From a virus (Duplodnaviria; Caudoviricetes): a stretch of 47,285 bases of DNA. The stretch spans positions 1 to 47,285 of IMG/VR virus record IMGVR_UViG_3300002180_000019. The stretch is one strand, 5' to 3'. Positions within the stretch are counted from its first letter, which is position 1. Each line of letters starts with the position of its first letter. The position numbers were made by a program, and so were the translations under genes. Of this stretch, positions 35,409-45,147 are shown one piece after another. Below the pieces are notes generated by a model. The model saw only the letters and a program-made list of their open reading frames with translations, did not search any database and was not told where the DNA came from.

Positions 35409-37007
35409 CTAATTTACTGTCTCCGAACCAAAATCAAATACCTCTGGCACTGTCCAGCATCTTTTCCATACAGCAAAGACAGGTAATAACATCTCTGCCT
35501 CTACTCCTCCATATTCATAAGCTCCTATATCAGGAATCTCATTCTGGGGAACTGGCCTTTTATCAAAGTCTTCAGTTAATCCTACATCTACTCCTGCATC
35601 AATACATGGAGAATCACTGTTAAGTTTGTAAATATTATTTGCTGGATTAACCATCTTTGGGTCAGCTAGTACGTCGGTAGCATGTGGAGTTTGGGAACCT
35701 GTACCGACCAGCCACATATCCGCAGTGCTATGATTATAAAGACAATTATTTTCTTCGGTAGGCGCAGTTGCATCTGGCGTAATATACATCCCATAAGGAG
35801 CAGTATGCAATATATTATTTTTCCATATAGAAGCTGCTGCTCCACCTGATACCTCTACATTACGCCTTGTTGCTGCATAGCCTACATTATTATAAAAAAC
35901 ATTGCCTGTAGATTCAGCAGATGCTATTTTAAAATTAGCTCCATTATTCCAACACAGATTTTCATATACCTTACAGTTGGTTCCTTTATAAATAGTTATA
36001 CCCTTGCCTGCCCAAGTAGATAAGCAACCCGTGATCCTGTTTCTCCGTACTGTACAATTATTGCTCAAGCATTCATTAACCTTATATCCCCAATCAAGAA
36101 TTATTGCACATCCATCAGGATCATCGGTTACAACCCCATCAAGATAATTCTCCTCTATAATAAGATCACGCACCCAGGATAGCTGAAAAGCGTTTACATC
36201 TGCTTGTTCTACTGTTGAAGAATCATAGCATTCATTCCTACGAATATAATTAGCATAACCTTCTCTTGTTCCAGTACGTATTCTTATCCAATATCTGGTT
36301 GTTTTATTAATATAATTGCTATCAATATCTATATCATACGGAGAGCAATCATTAACTCGTGCCCATTCATCAACATCAACAAACTCTACTCCTGACCAAC
36401 AATCAGTTATTCTATTATTAGCAACTCTTATTTGCCTAAAAGTTGCCTCCTCTTCACCTCCGCCAGCCCCCTCTTCCATATTAAACATAACAGGTGCACT
36501 TGTAAGTTGGTCAAATGTACAGCCAAGAACATTGATGTGATGAACATCAGTACCATTTGCCGCCCTAAAAACTGCTCCCTTTCCTGTACCTGCAGGGAAG
36601 TTTGAGTTAGTAAGATTTATATGATGGACTATATTCCCATAAAACGCTTTATCGTCGTCATCGCCTACATTAAATTCCAGTTCATCAAAATCAATATAAC
36701 TCTTTTGCCAAAGGCTAACAACAGGGCTTGTCGCCTTAGAAAAAGAAGGCTTATCCCCTGATCCATAAGGTTGTACAGTTATTGGATGGCCTTCAACTCC
36801 TGATGTACCAATCCATAGTCCACTAGTATATGAACTACCACCGGCAAAGTTTATAAAAGGATCGTGACCAGCAGCCACCCAATCAAAGATAGAATTTGCC
36901 CCACCTGTAGTCCAGTTAATATCTCCTGGTAAATCATATGGACTACCATAAGACCCATCCCCACCAGGGTCAGCGCCAGAATCTATGTATATATGTTGCT
37001 CAGCCAC
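35409..37007 (-). CDS. Right-handed beta-helix (pectin-lyase-like) protein, possible depolymerase or adhesin
   Basis: YIDSGA..GGDGS..SPY start, repeated xxNxx beta-helix turns, C-terminal SPCIDAG...DIGAYEY. Confidence 0.75.
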   Translation of the reverse strand: MAEQHIYIDSGADPGGDGSYGSPYDLPGDINWTTGGANSIFDWVAAGHDPFINFAGGSSYTSGLWIGTSGVEGHPITVQPYGSGDKPSFSKATSPVVSLWQKSYIDFDELEFNVGDDDDKAFYGNIVHHINLTNSNFPAGTGKGAVFRAANGTDVHHINVLGCTFDQLTSAPVMFNMEEGAGGGEEEATFRQIRVANNRITDCWSGVEFVDVDEWARVNDCSPYDIDIDSNYINKTTRYWIRIRTGTREGYANYIRRNECYDSSTVEQADVNAFQLSWVRDLIIEENYLDGVVTDDPDGCAIILDWGYKVNECLSNNCTVRRNRITGCLSTWAGKGITIYKGTNCKVYENLCWNNGANFKIASAESTGNVFYNNVGYAATRRNVEVSGGAAASIWKNNILHTAPYGMYITPDATAPTEENNCLYNHSTADMWLVGTGSQTPHATDVLADPKMVNPANNIYKLNSDSPCIDAGVDVGLTEDFDKRPVPQNEIPDIGAYEYGGVEAEMLLPVFAVWKRCWTVPEVFDFGSETVN

Positions 37008-37224
37008 TTTCTAATCTAAATACCTCCACCTTAGACCAGAACCTTTTCCACAAAGCATAGAGAGGCATCAGCATTTCTGCACCCATAGGACTTATTATAT
37101 CATCATTAAAGTATCCATCGGTCAACAATAAAGCTCTTCCTGTCTTAGTTCCCCAATCAGTTCCACCAATCTCACCTGGTTCTGGAAAGCCGTCTGTTAA
37201 TATAGCAAATCGATTTATTGCCAT
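37000..37224 (-). CDS. Small protein sharing a C-terminal peptide with 35409-37007
   Basis: AEMLMPLYALWKRFWSKVEVF vs AEMLLPVFAVWKRCWTVPEVF; internal LTDGF/LTDGY repeat. Confidence 0.7.
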   Translation of the reverse strand: MAINRFAILTDGFPEPGEIGGTDWGTKTGRALLLTDGYFNDDIISPMGAEMLMPLYALWKRFWSKVEVFRLESG

Positions 37225-37228
37225 TCTC

Positions 37229-37540
37229 TTACCAAACCTTTATATTAGCAAATCTTTTTATCTTTTCCCAAAGTGAGGGTAAAACAGCAGGAACTTTTAT
37301 ATTATTCTCCTTTCTCTCTGCTAAAATAGAAAGTTGAACTACTCTATTACGAATAAGATTGGAAAGAATAGATACCCCTTCTTTATTAAGCCCAAATTGC
37401 TCCCCGCTGACTAGCATCGAAGCGTATTCACCAATCGCTTGATCAATAAAAATTTCCTTATATCCATATCCTTTCAACCACCTTCTTATCTTCCAAGGGT
37501 CTCTATTCTCCTTAGCATAAATCTTTTCTAAGTTCATCAT
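37229..37540 (-). CDS. Hypothetical protein
   Basis: GGAGG RBS, packed in operon. Confidence 0.65.
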   Translation of the reverse strand: MMNLEKIYAKENRDPWKIRRWLKGYGYKEIFIDQAIGEYASMLVSGEQFGLNKEGVSILSNLIRNRVVQLSILAERKENNIKVPAVLPSLWEKIKRFANIKVW

Positions 37541-37545
37541 CCCTC

Positions 37546-39546
37546 CTAAGGTGTTCTACTTACTGTAGTCTCATCATCAGCAAGTGTCCAGGCTTTCATT
37601 ACTGTTGAGTTATCTGATTCATATGCTGTTTCTGCAGAAGCTGTTACGGTCTTCTTTGCAAATAATTTATTCCAGATTCCCTGCGTTTTATTCAATAATA
37701 ATGTGGGTGTAGCACCTACAGTAGCTACATTGCATATTACCGAGTCCATTCCAGTGGAAGCTAAACTATATCCAGTCTTAGTAGTAGGAACAGCATCTAT
37801 TAAAACCTTTAGTGCTCCTAAGCCATCTGTGCCATTATCAAGATCAGATTGAAGAGCTGCTATCAAAACCTGTAATGCTGACAATCCGTAAGAGCCATTA
37901 GCAATAGCATCAGCAATAGTATCAAGATCACTCGCTCCTTCCGCTTCCATAGCTGTCTTAACAGCTGCAGCATCATGTGTTGAGAAGCCAACTGCTGTTG
38001 CCCAGTTACCTTGATTCCCCTGTAACTCATTACTATCCTCTACAATATCATCCAGATGATCATCTACAGAGCCTGCAGCTGGTGCTCCTACCGTAGGTGC
38101 CAGTTTCAATGCATCTCTTGTTTCCTGTGCACTTAATCCTCCAGATGGAGCTTGCTCAAGAGCATTAGTAGTCAATCTACGAACACCACCATCATCTTCT
38201 GTCATCTCCCATATATGATCTAACTTAGTGCCATCTGCTTCCAGTTCTGTTTTTATTTCACCTACTGTTGGAACTGCCTCAATCAAGGTCTTCAAAGCCC
38301 CCAATCCATCAGTCGCATTATCAAGATCGTCTCTGATAGTATCCAACAAACTTGCACCATTTTCCTCTATCTCAGCCTGGATTTCACCTACTGTCGGAGC
38401 AGTTGTTCCTGGTGCAGTAACAAATGCTTTAACTCCATCACCGTTGACTATTGTAAAATCAGGAGCATTGTCAAGTGTTATTGTTTTTGTTGCTCCTGTA
38501 TATGCACTACACTTACGTATTGTTGGGAAATCACTATCAGAAGCATCATAAATTACTATTGCCTGATCTTTATAAGCATCATCATCATTTGATCCTGCTG
38601 TCAATGTAAAGTGAGTTTGATCAGTTACAACAGCTATCGTAGTTGAAACAAGAACATTTGGGTTGGTTCCAGCACTCGGAGCCTCCTCAAGTGTGTTTGC
38701 AGTAAATCTTGAAACACCTCCATCATTTTCAACAAGCTCATTTAGAAGAGCTGTAGCTGTGCCTGGCTTAGAAGCAGGATCATAATCAGCAGCTAGTAAA
38801 TGATCAAGATGGATATTAGTTAAAGCTGTAGCAAGGTCAGTTGTGCTTATATCATTAAGACCATCTATCAAAGCTTTAAGTGCTCCAAGACCGTCAGTTG
38901 CATTATCAAGGTCATCACGAATAGTGTCTAGTAAACTAGCTCCATTTTCTTCCATCTCTGTTTGAATTTCAGCAACTGTTGGAGCAGTAGTAGTAGGAAT
39001 GGCATCAAGAAGAAGATCAAGCCTCCCACCATTAATCCAATCAGTTAATGCACCCATTCGAGCAGCAGTAATCTCATTAGCATTTGCCAGCTTTGTATCA
39101 AGGTCAAGCCCACCCACATCACTAATCGGTAGCCCTCCTGCGGCATCAGCAGCAGCGTTAGGCAAAGCCGTTAAGCCTAATCTTACCGTGTCATATGGAT
39201 CATAGTCAACCAGAGCATGTTCGTTACCTATTACAATCATTCCTGTAAGCGTCCCTCCAACATGAACACTATCCTTTCCTGATCCTACAGCTCCTGCACC
39301 GTCAGGAAGATCAAGCCTGTACCAACCGTCTCCAATTAACTCTATCCCTCCATTAGTATGTGCAGAATCAAGAGCCGCAAGTGCAGCCGGAGTAATAGTA
39401 ACCTTTGCTGATTGCTCCCTGCGATACCAAAGAGCAATTCCCGCAGTATCATACTCCACTGCATTCTCAGGAAGAAAAGTAGTTGAATCTAAAATCCTAA
39501 TTACCGTTGACTGATCTGTCGAACCTTTATATATTGGTCTACCCAT
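37546..39546 (-). CDS. Acidic repeat-containing fibre-like protein
   Basis: Repeats TAPTV.EIQ.E.EENGASLLDTIRDDLDNATDGLGALK and DGGV.R.T.N.LE.APS. Confidence 0.65.
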   Translation of the reverse strand: MGRPIYKGSTDQSTVIRILDSTTFLPENAVEYDTAGIALWYRREQSAKVTITPAALAALDSAHTNGGIELIGDGWYRLDLPDGAGAVGSGKDSVHVGGTLTGMIVIGNEHALVDYDPYDTVRLGLTALPNAAADAAGGLPISDVGGLDLDTKLANANEITAARMGALTDWINGGRLDLLLDAIPTTTAPTVAEIQTEMEENGASLLDTIRDDLDNATDGLGALKALIDGLNDISTTDLATALTNIHLDHLLAADYDPASKPGTATALLNELVENDGGVSRFTANTLEEAPSAGTNPNVLVSTTIAVVTDQTHFTLTAGSNDDDAYKDQAIVIYDASDSDFPTIRKCSAYTGATKTITLDNAPDFTIVNGDGVKAFVTAPGTTAPTVGEIQAEIEENGASLLDTIRDDLDNATDGLGALKTLIEAVPTVGEIKTELEADGTKLDHIWEMTEDDGGVRRLTTNALEQAPSGGLSAQETRDALKLAPTVGAPAAGSVDDHLDDIVEDSNELQGNQGNWATAVGFSTHDAAAVKTAMEAEGASDLDTIADAIANGSYGLSALQVLIAALQSDLDNGTDGLGALKVLIDAVPTTKTGYSLASTGMDSVICNVATVGATPTLLLNKTQGIWNKLFAKKTVTASAETAYESDNSTVMKAWTLADDETTVSRTP

Positions 39547-40498
39547 TTATACACCCACCATTAAAATGATTCATAAGTAACATTGGATTAGCAGTTGCTC
39601 CACCACCGCCTCCGGTCTCGCCTACAAGGAAACTAAAGTGGTGATAGTCAGTAGTATTCTCATTACAATGTGCGTTTGTTCCTAAAGAAAATCCATCAAC
39701 ATCAAGAGAAGTTATCCCGCCAGTATATGGAGCAGTAGATATAAAATGAGCTGTTAAATCAACAGCATCTCCCATTGCATCAGTGTGAAGCTGAGGAGCA
39801 CTTGATCTATCTCCCTTTGTAGTTAACCAATCAGACCTAAACCCAACACCTGTTTTTGAGGCTATTGCCCCTGACCCGGTATAGGAGCCTACATCAAAGT
39901 AACCACTTACTTCTTTGAAAACAGCATAATATATAGTAATACCGTTTTCATTAACCCTATTAGCTGTCCCTACATTAAAGGCGTTAGCTTTTAGTTCTTC
40001 AATACAATTTGACTGAAATCCATAAGGACCTAATAAAAAAGTATTATCACCTGCAATCGTCGAAGTTCTAAAAACTCCCCACTCACCGCCAGTTGAGTTT
40101 TTAAGAAAAGCAAGGTCAACAGAGTCTCCTCCTAATGCAACTGTCTCATCATGATCAGCTGCTGTTCCAGTAAAAGAACCACAATCAAAGTCATCCTCAC
40201 CATTATCTTCAATTACCAAAACCTGGAATAAATAACCATCTCGATTAACCTCAAGCGCATCACCTATCTGAAACGATCCACTTCCGACTGACTGAATAAG
40301 GTTTGCTTCTTCAGCCTTATTGTCTGCCAATTCAATAGAAACATCTCCACTCTGATCAGAGAATCTCCAGGCTCCATTAATGCCGGAGTCCTCACCCACA
40401 ATCATAATGAAGGTCTTTTTCGTTCCATCAAGACCAGTAACGGTAATATTTCTACCATCAGTTGCATTACCAGTATATTCGAGCTGATATATTTTCAT
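39539..40498 (-). CDS. Three-repeat fibre-tip-like protein
   Basis: Three (Y/F)TG...(F/G)..G....N..G..Y repeats, Gly linker, short tail. Confidence 0.6.
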   Translation of the reverse strand: MKIYQLEYTGNATDGRNITVTGLDGTKKTFIMIVGEDSGINGAWRFSDQSGDVSIELADNKAEEANLIQSVGSGSFQIGDALEVNRDGYLFQVLVIEDNGEDDFDCGSFTGTAADHDETVALGGDSVDLAFLKNSTGGEWGVFRTSTIAGDNTFLLGPYGFQSNCIEELKANAFNVGTANRVNENGITIYYAVFKEVSGYFDVGSYTGSGAIASKTGVGFRSDWLTTKGDRSSAPQLHTDAMGDAVDLTAHFISTAPYTGGITSLDVDGFSLGTNAHCNENTTDYHHFSFLVGETGGGGGATANPMLLMNHFNGGCING

Positions 40499-40845
40499 AA
40501 AGTTACATTAATGATTGAATTAAGGTTCCCTTTTCTTTGTAGAAGAACGGTTCTTTCATCTTGGTATTCTACCCTTACCGAGTCATAATCATGACCCAAA
40601 GCCAGAGCTTTGTCGATTCTCATATTTAAATCTATAAGAGCCTTAAGAACATTCTCTAACTCTCTCTTCGCTCTAAACTTTGTATTCTTAGTATGGACTC
40701 CATCCTTATACGTATCTCCTACCCGAATGTCTTGGTTCGGAAGTTCATATATCTTATACTCATCATAATCATATCCACGATCCAAAGAACTTTCTTTAGA
40801 AGCTCTATCCTGCACCACATCAGTCTTATCACATATAATCCACAT
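40495..40845 (-). CDS. Small protein, possible fibre assembly chaperone
   Basis: IRVGDTYKDG motif then a coiled coil; AAGGAGG RBS. Confidence 0.45.
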   Translation of the reverse strand: MWIICDKTDVVQDRASKESSLDRGYDYDEYKIYELPNQDIRVGDTYKDGVHTKNTKFRAKRELENVLKALIDLNMRIDKALALGHDYDSVRVEYQDERTVLLQRKGNLNSIINVTL

Positions 40846-40862
40846 TATTCACCTCCTTTTAA

Positions 40863-41426
40863 TTAACCTACTCCTAAGATCAAATCTGCTCCTGAAGTAT
40901 CAGGTAAAGTAAATCCAGTATCTTCTCCTTGTAAGATCTTATCCAGATAAAAGTCGCAGACCTGATTAGTCTCATCAATTCTAATAATAACTTCATAAAG
41001 TCTATTTAAAACAATCACTGAGCTTTCAATCGAAACCTGTTGAATGCTACCATCATAAATCTGAAATTCTAACTTAGTCGAGCTATTACAGATAAGTTGA
41101 ATCTTATTATTATCATCAGCTTCTTTCTTCCAAATTATCCCGCCACTCTTCCATGAAGGAAACTGTATCTCTAGATAAATAGTATGTTTATCAGCAATAT
41201 CTACGCTAGAATCCTGTCCACAATCTACTTTCCCGCTCACTCCATCAAAGTAAGGTGCTTGCCCTCCTATCCATCTATCCCATAAAACATCGGAAGAAGA
41301 TCCATGATTGCCATCCTTCGACCAGTCCCGAAAATCTCCATTATACATAGGGAGGTGAAGAGTACAGTGATTTCTATCATATATCTGATAAGGTAAACTT
41401 AATATACCAATACCTCGTTTATCCAA
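40863..41426 (-). CDS. LamG/concanavalin-A-like domain protein, apparently C-terminally truncated
   Basis: DWS..GNHG, APYFDG....VDCG, FYLD, DLILG and then stop. Confidence 0.65.
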   Translation of the reverse strand: MDKRGIGILSLPYQIYDRNHCTLHLPMYNGDFRDWSKDGNHGSSSDVLWDRWIGGQAPYFDGVSGKVDCGQDSSVDIADKHTIYLEIQFPSWKSGGIIWKKEADDNNKIQLICNSSTKLEFQIYDGSIQQVSIESSVIVLNRLYEVIIRIDETNQVCDFYLDKILQGEDTGFTLPDTSGADLILGVG

Positions 41427-41610
41427 GAGTTAGATCCTCCGGATCATTAGATGAATTGGTTAGCTGAAGTTGTTTATGAGCGATGTGAACAATGCAGTTA
41501 GGACACACAAACGCCCACCCTATCAGCAGTTTCCCAAGGGTTCTAAATGCTACCATTTTTAGGTTTCCTGAGCACTTACAGTTAATACAATAAATAGATT
41601 CGTTTTCCAT
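41419..41610 (-). CDS. Small Zn-ribbon protein
   Basis: CINC...FVCPNC. Confidence 0.6.
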   Translation of the reverse strand: MENESIYCINCKCSGNLKMVAFRTLGKLLIGWAFVCPNCIVHIAHKQLQLTNSSNDPEDLTLG

Positions 41611-41618
41611 CTTTCTTC

Positions 41619-42431
41619 CTATGTATCATAAGATACTGTACAACCATGATCTTTCAAGCCATCTCCAACATAGACACCAGTTCCTTCTATCTTAGCAATA
41701 GCATCTGCAGTTGGTATAGCATTATCTTGTAGTTTAATATCACAAGTATTACCTCCTAATATTGCTCTGATAGGATATAAATCATCCACAACATCACTCA
41801 CTGCAGCCTGATTCATAGAATTACCTCGTGCAGATAAAGCAGCACAACTAGTACCAGAAAAATCTGAGAAGTCGAACGAAGTAAAAGAATTGAACTGACA
41901 ATACAAGGATGTTAAATTAGGCCAACTATAAGCAAGGAAATGGCCAGAAAGAGAATTGCTATTGCAAAGCAGTTGTTCTAAATCAGGCCATTCGTAGGTA
42001 GGAAATGAACCAGAAAAAGAATTAAGCTGAAAAGCCAAGCGTCGTAAATTAGGAATATTATCAGCCCAATCAGATGAGAATTGACCAGTTAATGCTGGAG
42101 GAAGAGTAGATCCATTGTTTATAAACAGTTGAGTTCCTTCCCCAATTACTTTTATATCTCCTCCAAACTTAACAAGAGACCAATTTCCTGTAGTCCCCTC
42201 CCTTAAAATCTTCCTTCCAGCTGGGTCAAGAATATAACTATCTGTTCCATTAAAGTAAGGCGCCTGTCCCCATCTATTACGGGTCCAAGTAATATTAGCA
42301 GGAGTACAATGATATCCCACATCTGACCAGTCCCTGAAGTCTCCATTAAACATAGGAAGACATATTTCACATTGACTTCTATTCTCTATCTGATATGGCA
42401 GAAGTAAAAGTCCTTCAGGTGAATACATCAT
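41619..42431 (-). CDS. LamG-type N-terminus fused to leucine-rich repeats
   Basis: N-terminus paralogous to 40863-41426; LRR units NLRRLAFQLNSFSG, DLEQLLCNSNSLSG, NLTSLYCQFNSFTS. Confidence 0.7.
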   Translation of the reverse strand: MMYSPEGLLLLPYQIENRSQCEICLPMFNGDFRDWSDVGYHCTPANITWTRNRWGQAPYFNGTDSYILDPAGRKILREGTTGNWSLVKFGGDIKVIGEGTQLFINNGSTLPPALTGQFSSDWADNIPNLRRLAFQLNSFSGSFPTYEWPDLEQLLCNSNSLSGHFLAYSWPNLTSLYCQFNSFTSFDFSDFSGTSCAALSARGNSMNQAAVSDVVDDLYPIRAILGGNTCDIKLQDNAIPTADAIAKIEGTGVYVGDGLKDHGCTVSYDT

Positions 42432-42811
42432 GCTTCAAGCCTATTTATAGTATATATACAGTTGACAAGAGTCAATGTATGAGTTGCATCTCCATTGACT
42501 ATCTGATCAATTTTGATCGCATCCAGATCACTTACACCCAGCAAAAAATAACCGGAAGCTACCTTGCTAGCCTCAAGAATCAGATGTAGAACCTTCAAAG
42601 GATTCTCCAAACTGTCCCATACTCCAGAACTGCGAGACAGTATAGTAAAGGATAAGTTGCCTGATGTTCCAGCAGGGCAAGTAGCGTAAGGACGAAGAGA
42701 CAATACTCTAGTCCTTGGGTCAGAAACATTAATTACAAGACTGTCTGTCGTATATGTAGCATCCCCTGCTATCGAAGCAATATCCGATGCATACAAAGTA
42801 TTCCTCTTCAT
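42428..42811 (-). CDS. Hypothetical beta-rich protein, probably structural
   Basis: GAGG RBS; directly after the terminase. Confidence 0.6.
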   Translation of the reverse strand: MKRNTLYASDIASIAGDATYTTDSLVINVSDPRTRVLSLRPYATCPAGTSGNLSFTILSRSSGVWDSLENPLKVLHLILEASKVASGYFLLGVSDLDAIKIDQIVNGDATHTLTLVNCIYTINRLEA

Positions 42812-42828
42812 AACTTCCCTCCTCTAAA

Positions 42829-44274
42829 TTAAACTGTCATCCAAGAATATGGGTTAGATTGGGAAGCATAAAGCCTAGCTCTATCTCTTATCCCAGGCTT
42901 TTTCTTAGCCCAAACTTTATGTGCTGTATTTGCAAAATACTCAGTTAAACACAAAGCATCTGCTATGTTTGGAGAAGCAATTCCTCTCCTTTTCATCTCT
43001 TTCTTAGACTCAATCTTTATTCCTCCATGGGCATTGAAGTCATAAAGAGGCGAAGCCAGTTCATTGCAAAGCTCCTCCCCTTCCTCCCCTTCAGGAAAAG
43101 AATACCTTCCCTTCATACAGTTATCCTTTACAGCACACCAAAGCTCATCTCTTAATCTATCATATTTTGTCATATCAGTAGATTTCTCAGCAACATTAAT
43201 CCCAAAGCATCTGATATGCCCATGCTTCTCAAGCCAATCTGTAACTCCTGCACCTACTCCAATTTCATCTATTGCAAGTCCATCAGCTTCCTGTTCAGTA
43301 TATGAAGTATTAATATGACCCCCAAGAGTTATTGTATTCAATCCTTGAAAGGTCTCCCAAGGACTAATCTCTAATCCTCTTCGAGGAAGTATAATAGACT
43401 TATCATCTCCATATCTGGCGACATCCACTCCGAGATATAAGGGCTCATCCTCTGCAATTACTATCTCCTTTCCAAGACACTGCCTTGCCCAAGATAAAGA
43501 GATAAAGCTTCTATCATCTTCAAGAGGTGGATCACCTGTTACACGAATAGCATAGACAGAAGAATCTATACCATATTTTGTACTCATATATTTAGGATAG
43601 TCTTTGGAGACTATATTAGACTTCTCAGAGTTCCAATGAAGTCTTATCCAATCACTTTTAATCTTATTATGAAAGTGTGTATCATAGAAATACCCCGAGT
43701 TTCTAGTCATATTCCCTATTAGAAGGACTTTATTATCCTCTTGGGTCATTGCTCCCTCAAGAGGAACATACACAGGATCAGGAACACCAGAAGACTCATC
43801 AACAATGATGAAGAGGTGATCTGCATGCATTCCAGCAAGAGTCTCAGCTTGCTCCTCTTTTGTCGCCTTTATTTGAGGAGAGATAAGTCTAATCCACCAT
43901 TCTTTTGGAGCACTCTTGTGAAAGAACTTATCTTTCTGCATTATGAATTCTTCTTGAAGTTTGCTTTTTCTAAACCACTTTGAAAGTTCAGACCAGTAGA
44001 TGTCTTGAAGCTGTCTATTTGTTGGGGCAGTTACAACGACTTTGGAGTGTGCTCTTGTAGATATGAACCACAGGGATAGGATTGCTGCAATAGTATCTTT
44101 GCCTGTTCCGTGGCCAGATCGAATAGATAATCTTTTTCCTTTTGTAATATTAAGAAGAGCTTCAATCTGTTGATTTGAAGGTTCAAAGTCTATACACTCC
44201 CTAGAAAAAAGAAGAGGGCTTCTTCGCCAGGAGGCAAGTTTATCCAGAACATTTTTATCAAATCCTTCACTCAT
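42829..44274 (-). CDS. terL: Terminase large subunit
   Basis: RSGHGTGK Walker A, IIVDE Walker B, IGNMTR, GVDVARYGDD nuclease motif, SPNIADAL. Confidence 0.95.
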   Translation of the reverse strand: MSEGFDKNVLDKLASWRRSPLLFSRECIDFEPSNQQIEALLNITKGKRLSIRSGHGTGKDTIAAILSLWFISTRAHSKVVVTAPTNRQLQDIYWSELSKWFRKSKLQEEFIMQKDKFFHKSAPKEWWIRLISPQIKATKEEQAETLAGMHADHLFIIVDESSGVPDPVYVPLEGAMTQEDNKVLLIGNMTRNSGYFYDTHFHNKIKSDWIRLHWNSEKSNIVSKDYPKYMSTKYGIDSSVYAIRVTGDPPLEDDRSFISLSWARQCLGKEIVIAEDEPLYLGVDVARYGDDKSIILPRRGLEISPWETFQGLNTITLGGHINTSYTEQEADGLAIDEIGVGAGVTDWLEKHGHIRCFGINVAEKSTDMTKYDRLRDELWCAVKDNCMKGRYSFPEGEEGEELCNELASPLYDFNAHGGIKIESKKEMKRRGIASPNIADALCLTEYFANTAHKVWAKKKPGIRDRARLYASQSNPYSWMTV

Positions 44275-44309
44275 CTTATCAGCCCTTTTCTTTTTCTATC
44301 CTTTTATCA

Positions 44310-44447
44310 TCACTTCCCTGCAAGCTTTTTAAGAATATTGACAACAATCTGAAAAACACCATTAGCCTTTATCTTAGGTATGAAGCTTAAAGCTTCGCTT
44401 ATTGCTAGAAGAGCTACCGCAATTGCTGTCATTGTTTCACCGGACAT
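44310..44447 (-). CDS. Small membrane protein, holin-like (45 aa), not in the ORF track
   Basis: AAGGAGG RBS; MSGETMTAIAVALLAISEALSFIPKIKANGVFQIVVNILKKLAGK. Confidence 0.65.
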   Translation of the reverse strand: MSGETMTAIAVALLAISEALSFIPKIKANGVFQIVVNILKKLAGK

Positions 44448-44462
44448 CTATATCACCTCCTT

Positions 44463-44849
44463 TTAATAATGCTCTTTTATGGTTAAGTGGAAAATAGTCT
44501 CTCCGTACAATTTTTCTCTGAACTTTACAAATGTCTTTCCAGAGTTTAGAATAGCTCTATCTCCAGAGAGTTTTCCAATCTCGCTTCCTAAAAGGATGCA
44601 TCCTGCTGTATCATCTACTGTGTTTCCTGGATGGATCAAGATATCAGCCCTCCAAGGGACACTCATTAGTTTAAACACATCTCCGAAAGGCTTACATAGA
44701 TACTGTTGAGCAGGAATTGAGCTTCTGTTTTTCTTGTTAAGTAAATCCGAAAGCTCCAATGTCCAGCAGAATGCTTCTGCATCAATAAGGAGAACTCCAA
44801 AAGTTCCACTCTGGCTTTCTTCAACTCTAAGCAACCGAAGTGTCTTCAT
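44463..44849 (-). CDS. DUF5675-like putative endolysin (L,D-peptidase-like His/Cys motif)
   Basis: TFGVL, CWTLE, IPA..Y, VP.R..ILIHPGNT..DT.GCILLG; flanked by membrane genes. Confidence 0.75.
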   Translation of the reverse strand: MKTLRLLRVEESQSGTFGVLLIDAEAFCWTLELSDLLNKKNRSSIPAQQYLCKPFGDVFKLMSVPWRADILIHPGNTVDDTAGCILLGSEIGKLSGDRAILNSGKTFVKFREKLYGETIFHLTIKEHY

Positions 44850-44850
44850 A

Positions 44851-45123
44851 TTATCTTGTCCACCTTAGCCATCCTAGAAGACTTCCAAAGACAGCTGCGA
44901 TAGTAAGACCCACCCCACGAGCAATATGAAGTCTCATAGTATTGCATTTAACATCCTCTTTCAACCCGTTTAACGCATCTAGTTTAATTTTCACTTCTGC
45001 AAGTTCCTTTCCTTGAACACCTAGTTCATCAAATATCCTGCCTATACTATGTGACTGACGATTATAAGAATCTGCTATACTCTTTAAATGAATCTCCAGT
45101 ACTCCAAACTGACTATCATCCAC
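44851..45123 (-). CDS. Coiled-coil protein with C-terminal membrane anchor (holin/XhlA-like)
   Basis: GTG start; GVGLTIAAVFGSLLGWL hydrophobic tail. Confidence 0.55.
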   Translation of the reverse strand: MDDSQFGVLEIHLKSIADSYNRQSHSIGRIFDELGVQGKELAEVKIKLDALNGLKEDVKCNTMRLHIARGVGLTIAAVFGSLLGWLRWTR

Positions 45124-45147
45124 TTATTAAGCCTTTCTATCAAACCT

